From: an uncultured Christensenellaceae bacterium
Lineage (GTDB): Bacteria > Bacillota > Clostridia > Christensenellales > UBA3700
Direction: 5' to 3'
Assembly: GCA_944383905.1 (NCBI GenBank)
Contig: CALWRI010000001.1
Location: 23,766 to 87,765 of the forward strand
Length of the DNA stretch: 64,000 bases
Made by a program: the position numbers and the translations under genes. Numbering within the stretch: the stretch's first letter is position 1; the number at the start of each line of letters is the position of its first letter. Shown one piece after another: positions 23,418 through 30,566 of this stretch. The notes below the pieces were generated by a model, which saw only the letters and a list, made by a program, of their open reading frames with translations, made no database searches and was not told the origin of the DNA.

Positions 23418-23440
23418 ATACCGAAAGAGAGGTTTTTATT

Positions 23441-24529
23441 ATGATCAGAAAAGAAGGTCAGGTCAGGATCCCGTCGGGCTGCGCGGTCTCCGCGGTCATT
23501 TCCCGCGAAAAGAATTTGATGAGCGGAGAAAAAATCGTCGCGAGCATGGTGCCTATGCACGAGCGCTCCAACGGACTCGGCGGCGGCTTTGCCGCTTACG
23601 GCATCTACCCCGATATGGCGGAGTTTTACGCCTTTCATATGTTTTTCGACGACAGAGAAAGTCAGAAAGAATGCGAAGCATATCTCAAAGAGGGCTTCGA
23701 GATCGTCAGAGCGGAACCCATACCCGTGCGCAAGATCCCCGCTATCACGGACGAACCCATAATATTCAGATACTTTCTTTCTCCTTTGCGCTCGCGCATA
23801 GCGGACGCGCAGGTGGACGAAAGAGAATTCGTAGCGCGTGCGACGATGCATATCAACGTCTTCATAAAAGGCGCGTACGTCGTGTCGGGAGGCAAGAACA
23901 CGGGCGTATTCAAGGCGGTCGGCTTCCCCGAAGACGTGGGAGAATTTTACCGCCTCGACGAATATTCGGCATACTGCTGGACAGCGCACGGCAGATACCC
24001 GACCAATACTCCCGGCTGGTGGGGCGGCGCGCACCCCTTCGGACTGCTCGACTACACGGTCGTGCACAACGGTGAGATCTCCTCTTACGACGCTAACCGC
24101 AGAAACGTCGAAGCGTACGGCTACAAATGCACCCTTCAGACGGACACCGAGGTGTTCACCTACATCGCGGACTATCTTCTCCGCCGCAAAAAACTTACGC
24201 TCGAGGAGACGGCAAACGTGATCGCGGCGCCGTTCTGGAGCACGATCGAAAGCAAGCCCGCAGAAGAACGCGAAAGACTGACTTATCTGCGCAACGTGTT
24301 TTCGGGATTCCTCGTGACGGGGCCATTTTCTATAATACTCGGCTTCGAAGGCGGACTCATGGCGCTCAACGACCGTCTCAAGCTCCGCTCCATGGTCGTA
24401 GCCGAAAAGGACGACAAGGTCTTTATCGCGAGCGAAGAAGCTGCAATACGAGTGCTTGAACCGGACGCCGTCAACGTGCGGGCGCCCGAAGGCGGCGAAC
24501 CCGTCATAGTCAGAGTAAAGGAGGACTGA
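23441..24529 (+). CDS. Glutamate synthase, class II glutamine amidotransferase subunit (archaeal-type split GltB, domain 1)
   Basis: N-terminal PSGC motif. Ntn-amidotransferase signature HGRYPTNT..HNGEI. Confidence 0.8.
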   Translation: MIRKEGQVRIPSGCAVSAVISREKNLMSGEKIVASMVPMHERSNGLGGGFAAYGIYPDMAEFYAFHMFFDDRESQKECEAYLKEGFEIVRAEPIPVRKIPAITDEPIIFRYFLSPLRSRIADAQVDEREFVARATMHINVFIKGAYVVSGGKNTGVFKAVGFPEDVGEFYRLDEYSAYCWTAHGRYPTNTPGWWGGAHPFGLLDYTVVHNGEISSYDANRRNVEAYGYKCTLQTDTEVFTYIADYLLRRKKLTLEETANVIAAPFWSTIESKPAEERERLTYLRNVFSGFLVTGPFSIILGFEGGLMALNDRLKLRSMVVAEKDDKVFIASEEAAIRVLEPDAVNVRAPEGGEPVIVRVKED

Positions 24530-24534
24530 CCGCT

Positions 24535-26037
24535 ATGTGGAAAAACTATATATATCCGACTTACGAAGTCGTCAGAAATCAGAACAGATGCACTGACTGC
24601 GGACTGTGCGCCCGCGAATGTTCTTACGGCGTGCACTACCGTTCCGACAAAGGCGTGCTGCTTGCGGACGACTCGAAATGCGTCAACTGCCAGCGCTGCG
24701 TCGCCACTTGTCCGACCCACGCGCTCAAGATCGTGAAAAGCAACTGCGATTTCAGAGAAAACGCGAATTGGAGCGGAGACGCCATTAAAGAGATCATGAA
24801 ACAGGCGGCAAGCGGCGGCGTGTTGCTCTCGTCCATGGGCAATCCCCAACCCTATCCCGTCTATTGGGACAAACTTCTGATAAACGCTTCGCAGGTCACA
24901 AACCCGCCCATAGATCCTCTCCGCGAGCCGATGGAAACGCGCGTGTTCCTCGGCAAGAAACCTTCCGAAATAGCGCGGGACGAACACGGGCGCTTGATTT
25001 GTGATCTTCCTCCCCTTCTCACCGCGGAACTTCCCATACTCTTTTCGGCAATGAGTTACGGCTCGATAAGTTACAACGCCCACTCCGCACTGGCTAACGC
25101 GGCGACGAGGCTCGGGACGTTTTACAATACGGGCGAAGGCGGACTGCACGAAAACTTTTACCGTTACGGCGCCAACACGATAGTTCAGGTCGCTTCGGGC
25201 AGATTCGGCGTGCACAAGGACTACCTCGAAGCGGGCGCGGCGATAGAGATAAAGATGGGTCAGGGCGCGAAACCGGGCATCGGCGGACACCTGCCCGGCT
25301 CCAAAATAGTAGGCGACGTCTCGCGCACGAGAATGATTCCCGAAGGCTCGGACGCTATCTCCCCCGCACCTCATCACGACATCTATTCGATCGAAGATCT
25401 GCGGCAGCTCGTATTCTCTCTGAAAGAGGCGACGGAATACAAAAAGCCCGTCATCGTCAAGATCGCCGCCGTGCACAATATCGCCGCAATAGCCAGCGGT
25501 ATCGCGAGAAGCGGCGCCGACATAATCGCCATCGACGGTTTCAGAGGCGGCACCGGCGCGGCTCCGACGAGGATAAGAGACAACGTGGGCATACCCGTCG
25601 AACTCGCTCTCGCCGCCGTGGATACCAGGCTGCGCGAAGAAGGCATACGCAACGACGTCTCACTCGTCGTCGGCGGCAGTATCCGCAATTCTACCGACGT
25701 CGTAAAGGCGATCGCGCTTGGCGCGGACGCGTGCTATATCGCGACAGCCGCTCTGATAGCCATGGGCTGTCACCTCTGCCGCAACTGCCAGAGCGGAAAA
25801 TGCAACTGGGGTATCGCCACGCAGAAGCCCGAACTCGTCAAACGCCTCAATCCCGACGAAGCCGCGGACAGACTCATCAATCTGCTTACCGCGTGGAAAC
25901 ACGAGATCATGGAGATCATGGGCGGTATGGGCATAAATTCGATCGAAGCGCTCAAAGGCAACAGGCTGATGCTCCGCGGCATAGGTCTTACGCAAAAAGA
26001 GCTCTCCATACTCGGAGTCGCGCACGCGGGAGAATGA
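24535..26037 (+). CDS. Glutamate synthase FMN-binding subunit with N-terminal 2x[4Fe-4S] ferredoxin domain (split GltB, domain 2)
   Basis: Two CxxCxxCxxxCP motifs. GltS FMN-domain motifs (NTGEGG, KMGQGAKPGIGGHLPG). Confidence 0.85.
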   Translation: MWKNYIYPTYEVVRNQNRCTDCGLCARECSYGVHYRSDKGVLLADDSKCVNCQRCVATCPTHALKIVKSNCDFRENANWSGDAIKEIMKQAASGGVLLSSMGNPQPYPVYWDKLLINASQVTNPPIDPLREPMETRVFLGKKPSEIARDEHGRLICDLPPLLTAELPILFSAMSYGSISYNAHSALANAATRLGTFYNTGEGGLHENFYRYGANTIVQVASGRFGVHKDYLEAGAAIEIKMGQGAKPGIGGHLPGSKIVGDVSRTRMIPEGSDAISPAPHHDIYSIEDLRQLVFSLKEATEYKKPVIVKIAAVHNIAAIASGIARSGADIIAIDGFRGGTGAAPTRIRDNVGIPVELALAAVDTRLREEGIRNDVSLVVGGSIRNSTDVVKAIALGADACYIATAALIAMGCHLCRNCQSGKCNWGIATQKPELVKRLNPDEAADRLINLLTAWKHEIMEIMGGMGINSIEALKGNRLMLRGIGLTQKELSILGVAHAGE

Positions 26038-26083
26038 TTCTGCGACTTCAATATCATAGTCAAATCAAAGGAGGTATGTTATA

Positions 26084-26806
26084 ATGATAATACTGAATGC
26101 GCGCGCGACGGACAACGCGGCGCTCAACGAAAGCGTGAGAGCGGCGAAAGACGGCTGTGAAATAATCGGCTGTATAGGCGAAAGATTTATCGGCGCGGGA
26201 CTTTCGGACAGAACGATAAGCATAAAAGGAATTCCCGGCAACGCGCTCGGCGCCTACCTCAACGGCGCGAAGATAATCGTGGACGGCAACGCACAGGACG
26301 CGGTCGGCGACACGATGAACGCGGGCGAGATCGTCGTGCGTGGCAATACCGGCGACGCGGCGGGATACGCGATGCGCGGCGGCAAGATATACGTCAGAGG
26401 CAACGCGGGTTACCGCACGGGCATACACATGAAGGAGTACGGCTCCCGCTTCCCCGTCATCGTGATCGGGGGCAGGTGCGGCAGTTTCCTCGGAGAATAC
26501 CAGGCGGGCGGACTGATAGTCGTGCTCGGTCTGCACGACGACGGCAAACGCATAGTCGGCAACTTCCCCTGCGCGGGTATGCACGGGGGCAAGGTCCTCC
26601 TGCGAGGCAACGCGGACGGCGTCGTCTTCCCCGACAAGGTCACCGCGAGACCCGCAACGGCGGAAGATATGGCTCCCGCGACCGGTTATATCAACGAATT
26701 CTGCGCCGCATTCGGCATAGACGAAAACGAGGTGCTCCGCTCCCCGTTCACCGTCGTGACCCCCGACAGCGCAAACCCTTACAAAAGGATGTATGTAGAA
26801 AACTAA
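26084..26806 (+). CDS. Glutamate synthase GXGXG-repeat subunit (split GltB, C-terminal domain)
   Basis: Repeated beta-helix GXGXG motifs (VRGNTGDAAGYAMRGGKIYVRGNAGYRTG). Confidence 0.8.
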   Translation: MIILNARATDNAALNESVRAAKDGCEIIGCIGERFIGAGLSDRTISIKGIPGNALGAYLNGAKIIVDGNAQDAVGDTMNAGEIVVRGNTGDAAGYAMRGGKIYVRGNAGYRTGIHMKEYGSRFPVIVIGGRCGSFLGEYQAGGLIVVLGLHDDGKRIVGNFPCAGMHGGKVLLRGNADGVVFPDKVTARPATAEDMAPATGYINEFCAAFGIDENEVLRSPFTVVTPDSANPYKRMYVEN

Positions 26807-26819
26807 CAGAGGTGATACC

Positions 26820-28034
26820 ATGAAATACACGGCAAACGAAGTCTTGCAGTACGTCAGAGAAGAAGACGTCAAATTCGTACGTCTCGCGTTCTGCGACGTC
26901 TTCGGCGTTCAGAAAAACATCTCCGTAATGCCGTCCGAGCTCGGGCGCGCGTTCAAAACGGGGATAGCCATCGACGCTTCCGCGATAGCGGGATTCGGCG
27001 ACGTCGCGCACAGCGATCTCTTTCTGCATCCCGACCCGTCCACTCTTTCCGTCCTTCCGTGGAGACCGGAGCACGGCAAGGTGGTCAGAATGTTCTGCTC
27101 GGTGCTCTGCCCCGACGGGACTCCGTTCGTCAACGACGCGCGCGGAATACTGATAAAGGCGATCGAACGTGCGAAACAGGCGGGATATTCTTTCAACTTC
27201 GGCGCCGAAATGGAGTTTTATCTGTTCAGACTCGACGAAAACGGCTTGCCGACGAAGATACCTTACGACAACGCCGGATATATGGACGTGGCGCCTCTCG
27301 ACCGCGGCGAAAACATACGCAGAGAGATATGCCTCACCCTCGAGCAGATGGGCATCCTGCCAGAAAGCTCGCACCACGAAGAAGGCCCCGGACAAAACGA
27401 GATCGACTTCAGATATTCGGACGCCCTGACCGCCGCGGACAATGCGGTGACCTTCCGTTCCGTGGTCAGCACGATAGCCGCGAGAAACGGACTCTGGGCG
27501 GACTTCGGGGCAAAGCCCCTCGCGGACGCGCCCGGCAACGGACTGCATATCAACGTATCCGTCGCGGGAGGAGATCACGACGAGCTCATTCCGAAGGTGA
27601 TCGCCGGTATCCTCGACAAGGTGCGCGACGTCACTCTGTTCCTCAATCCGACAGAAGAATCCTACGCGCGACTCGGCAACAACAAGGCTCCGCGCTATCT
27701 AACATGGTCGAGGCAAAACCGCTCCCAACTCATAAGGATCCCGGCGGCGGTCGGAGAATACAGGCGTGCCGAGCTGCGCTCTCCTGACGCGGCGGCGAAC
27801 CCCTATCTCGCATTCGCCCTGCTCATTTATGCGGGACTTCACGGGATAGAAAACGGCTTGCCTCTGCCCGAACCCGCAGACGTCAACCTCTACACCGCCG
27901 AAAAATCGGTGCTTGACAAATACGCGACGCTGCCTTCTTCTCTCAAAGAGGCGGTCGACGTCGCAAAGGACAGCGCTTTCGTAAAAGCCTGTCTGCCGCA
28001 TGAGATCGTGCAGGCGTACTGCCGACTTGCCTGA
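26820..28034 (+). CDS. glnA: Glutamine synthetase, type I-like (short form, 404 aa)
   Basis: GS beta-grasp N-domain (VKFVRLAFCDVFG) and catalytic-domain motifs (EMEFYLF, HHEEGPGQNEIDF, NGLHINVS). Confidence 0.85.
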   Translation: MKYTANEVLQYVREEDVKFVRLAFCDVFGVQKNISVMPSELGRAFKTGIAIDASAIAGFGDVAHSDLFLHPDPSTLSVLPWRPEHGKVVRMFCSVLCPDGTPFVNDARGILIKAIERAKQAGYSFNFGAEMEFYLFRLDENGLPTKIPYDNAGYMDVAPLDRGENIRREICLTLEQMGILPESSHHEEGPGQNEIDFRYSDALTAADNAVTFRSVVSTIAARNGLWADFGAKPLADAPGNGLHINVSVAGGDHDELIPKVIAGILDKVRDVTLFLNPTEESYARLGNNKAPRYLTWSRQNRSQLIRIPAAVGEYRRAELRSPDAAANPYLAFALLIYAGLHGIENGLPLPEPADVNLYTAEKSVLDKYATLPSSLKEAVDVAKDSAFVKACLPHEIVQAYCRLA

Positions 28035-28055
28035 CAAACCGCATCGGAGGAGCAA

Positions 28056-28640
28056 ATGGACTTCAGAGAACGCGTTTACAGCGTACTTACCGTATCCGAC
28101 GGAGAGAGATTTTTCACCTCTCTTTCCTCTTTGCTCCCCGAAAATACCTTTTACCCCGTCGTACGCGCCGGCGACGCCGCGGCAGCCAAACGCGCGCTGC
28201 TCGAAAGAGACTTTGACGTCGTACTCGTCAACGGCACAAAAGCGGACGACCGCGCGAGCAAACTCGCCGTCGACGTCTGCACCTCGAAAAACGGAATCGC
28301 GCTTCTTTTCGTAAAGCGAGAATCCTATGCCGAAATATACTCCAAAGTCGCGGACTTCGGCGTGCTAGTACTGCCCGTTCCGTCCTCGCCGCAGACCGTC
28401 GTACAGGCTCTCGACTGGGCGCGCGCGATGAGAGAACGCCTGCGCGGATACGAAAAGACGGCGCAGACCGTCAGTCAGAAGATGGAGGAGATCCGCGCCG
28501 TAAACCGCGCGAAATGGCTGTTGATAGAAGTGCTAAAAATGACCGAAGCCGACGCGCACAGATACATAGAAAAACAGGCGATGGACAGATGCGTCTCAAA
28601 ACTCGAAGTCGCAAAAGGGATAATAAACACTTACAAATGA
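28056..28640 (+). CDS. ANTAR-domain RNA-binding antiterminator with degenerate receiver-like N-domain (NitR/AmiR-like)
   Basis: C-terminal ANTAR signature (IRAVNRAKWLLIEVLKMTEADAHRYIEKQAMDRCVSKLEVAKGII). The N-domain resembles REC, but the expected phospho-acceptor position reads VVLVN. Confidence 0.8.
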   Translation: MDFRERVYSVLTVSDGERFFTSLSSLLPENTFYPVVRAGDAAAAKRALLERDFDVVLVNGTKADDRASKLAVDVCTSKNGIALLFVKRESYAEIYSKVADFGVLVLPVPSSPQTVVQALDWARAMRERLRGYEKTAQTVSQKMEEIRAVNRAKWLLIEVLKMTEADAHRYIEKQAMDRCVSKLEVAKGIINTYK

Positions 28641-28657
28641 TCTTTTCGTGACAATAT

Positions 28658-28689
28658 CCCGCCCTTTTCCGGGCGGGTTTTCTTTTTTC
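28658..28689 (+). terminator. Intrinsic terminator ending the GOGAT-glnA-ANTAR operon
   Basis: CCCGCCC-uuuucc-GGGCGGG followed by UUUUCUUUUUU. Confidence 0.85.
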
Positions 28690-28774
28690 TCTCCCTTGCC
28701 GACAAAATGCGCGCTATCGTTTGCGCGCGCGGATTTATAGTGTTATCATATTGTTTGCCGCAAAATGACAGGAG

Positions 28775-29608
28775 GTGGAGAAAATGCGCTTCAAGTACGG
28801 TTGCCGCGACGGCGTCCCGATAATGCTGGGATACCTGACCGTATCTTTCACGTTCGGCGTGAGTTGCGTCGCCAAAGGGTTTGCCTGGTGGATGCCGCTT
28901 TTGTGTTCCGTGACCAACTTCACGGGCACGGGACAGTTTGCCGGAATGGACCTTATCGCGAGCGCGGGAAGCGTGGCGGAGCTTGTCGCGACTATGCTCG
29001 TGATCAACGCGCGCTATGCCCTCATGGGCGTTTCTCTGTCTCAAAAACTGGGCGGCAAAACAAGACTGTGGCAGCGATTTTTCATCGCTTTCGGGCTGAC
29101 GGACGAAAACTACGCGGTCTCGATGAGACAGCCCCGCGACGTATCTTTCCAATACTTCCTCGGCGTTTCGGTCACCGCCTACTCGGGCTGGGTGGCGGGC
29201 ACTCTGCTCGGCGCGCTGGCGGGCAACGTGCTCCCGCAAAGTCTTTTGAGCGCGTTCGGCATAGCGCTGTACGCGATGTTCATAGCGATCGTCATACCGC
29301 CGTGCCGCACCTCGAAAGCCGTTTCGACGGTGGTGCTCACCGCTATCGCAATGAGCTGCCTTTTCTATTACGTCCCCGGTCTCAACTCTCTGTCGTCGGG
29401 TTGGTCGATAATAATCTGCGGGGTGGCTTCGGCTTTTATCGGCGCGGTATTCTTCCCCGTCAAGCCCGAAAACGGAGACTCCGACAAACCGAAAGACGGC
29501 GTAATCTTCGGTTCCGCGACCCGGGATAACAGTCTCAAAGACGGTGCGGACGTCTGCGACGGCAAAACGCAGGACGCTGTCTTACCGCAGGCGGGAGGCA
29601 GACGATGA
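28775..29608 (+). CDS. azlC: AzlC-family branched-chain amino acid exporter subunit (with about 45-aa hydrophilic C-terminal extension)
   Basis: AzlC-type N-terminus (FKYGCRDGVPIMLGYLTVSFTFG). Multi-TM. ATGA overlap with azlD. Confidence 0.8.
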   Translation: MEKMRFKYGCRDGVPIMLGYLTVSFTFGVSCVAKGFAWWMPLLCSVTNFTGTGQFAGMDLIASAGSVAELVATMLVINARYALMGVSLSQKLGGKTRLWQRFFIAFGLTDENYAVSMRQPRDVSFQYFLGVSVTAYSGWVAGTLLGALAGNVLPQSLLSAFGIALYAMFIAIVIPPCRTSKAVSTVVLTAIAMSCLFYYVPGLNSLSSGWSIIICGVASAFIGAVFFPVKPENGDSDKPKDGVIFGSATRDNSLKDGADVCDGKTQDAVLPQAGGRR

Positions 29609-29922
29609 ACGTACTCGAAGTCGTATGGAAAATAGCTCTGATGGCGGCGCTGACCTATCTTTGCAGAGTCGTGACGCTCGTACTCGTCCGCAAAAAGATA
29701 ACCAACGTCCGCGTGCTGTCGTTTTTTGAATATCTGCCGTACGGGGTGCTCTCGGCAATGGTGTTCCCCGCCGTGTTCTACTCGTCCGCAAGCGTCGTAT
29801 CGGCAATCGTCGGCACCGTTGTCGCGGCAGTCCTCTCGTTTTTCCGCAGAGGGCTTCTGACCGTGTCTCTCTCGGCTACCGCGGCGGTATTTGTGACGGA
29901 GCTTATCATGAGCGCGGTCTGA
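29605..29922 (+). CDS. azlD: AzlD-family branched-chain amino acid transport protein
   Basis: 105-aa, 4-TM protein immediately after azlC. LTYLCRVV motif. Confidence 0.75.
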   Translation: MNVLEVVWKIALMAALTYLCRVVTLVLVRKKITNVRVLSFFEYLPYGVLSAMVFPAVFYSSASVVSAIVGTVVAAVLSFFRRGLLTVSLSATAAVFVTELIMSAV

Positions 29923-29946
29923 CGCTTATACTTTTTACATAAAAAA

Positions 29947-29978
29947 CGACGGACCCTTTCGGATCCGTCTTCTTTTTT
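29947..29978. terminator. Bidirectional terminator between azlD and the YegP-like gene
   Basis: ACGGACC-cuuuc-GGAUCCGU flanked by AAAAAA and UUCUUUUUU. Confidence 0.7.
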
Positions 29979-29988
29979 ATCGCAATTG

Positions 29989-30396
29989 TTATTTGTAATC
30001 TTCTTCGGACACCATATCCGCGCCGGGCGCCCATTTCGCGACGCTGGCAATACCCGCCTTGCAACTTGCCTTGCTGGCATAACCTTCTTCGGAAATGCAC
30101 AGGAGATTGCCGTTGTTCGCTTTGAGGCGGTAACGGAATTTGCCCTGCTTATCGAGATAAATTTCGTATTTGGGATTCGTCAGGGTTTCGTAACCGCGCG
30201 CGAGGGTCTGATCTTCGATCTTGTCGACGGTGCAGAACTTGCGGACGGAATCTATGCCCGCCTTGCAGCTTTTGAGATCCGAGTAAACGCCTTCGCAAAC
30301 CGCCACGGTCTCCTTGTTGGGAGCTTTGAGCCTGAAATTGAAATTGCCTTTGGGCGTCTTTGAATAGACGAAGGTACCTTTGAGTTCGTATGACAT
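29989..30396 (-). CDS. YegP/DUF1508 family protein (two tandem domains)
   Basis: Two copies of the F-x-F-R-L-K-A-x-N-G / S-E-G-Y-x-S-K-x-S-C-K-A-G-I-x-S-V pattern. Confidence 0.8.
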   Translation of the reverse strand: MSYELKGTFVYSKTPKGNFNFRLKAPNKETVAVCEGVYSDLKSCKAGIDSVRKFCTVDKIEDQTLARGYETLTNPKYEIYLDKQGKFRYRLKANNGNLLCISEEGYASKASCKAGIASVAKWAPGADMVSEEDYK

Positions 30397-30489
30397 AAAA
30401 TTCTTCTCCTTTATCTGTCCGACCGCAGTCGGATGAGTTTTTAGACGAAGCGCAAAGCGCTCTCCTCAAACCTTTCCACAACCGTTTTT

Positions 30490-30518
30490 ATTATAACCGC
30501 AAATCGCCTCAATGTCAA
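30490..30518 (-). promoter_or_regulatory. Consensus sigma-A promoter of the YegP-like gene
   Basis: Minus strand: TTGACA (30518..30513), 17-nt spacer, TATAAT (30495..30490). Leader of about 90 nt with two small hairpins. Confidence 0.7.
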
Positions 30519-30566
30519 CCACGCAGCCCGGGCAATGCTTCAGGAGACAGCGATTTTGCGTGAATT

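Noticed and set aside
23135-23440. TnrA/GlnR box (TGTNA-N7-TNACA) in the nitrogen intergenic region
   Set aside because: Candidate TGTCA/TGTGA words are present but none has the matching inverted half-site at N7 spacing.
24283-25476. 397-aa minus-strand ORF inside the glutamate synthase genes
   Set aside because: It is antisense to the amidotransferase and FMN-domain genes, which carry clear catalytic motifs. No independent support.
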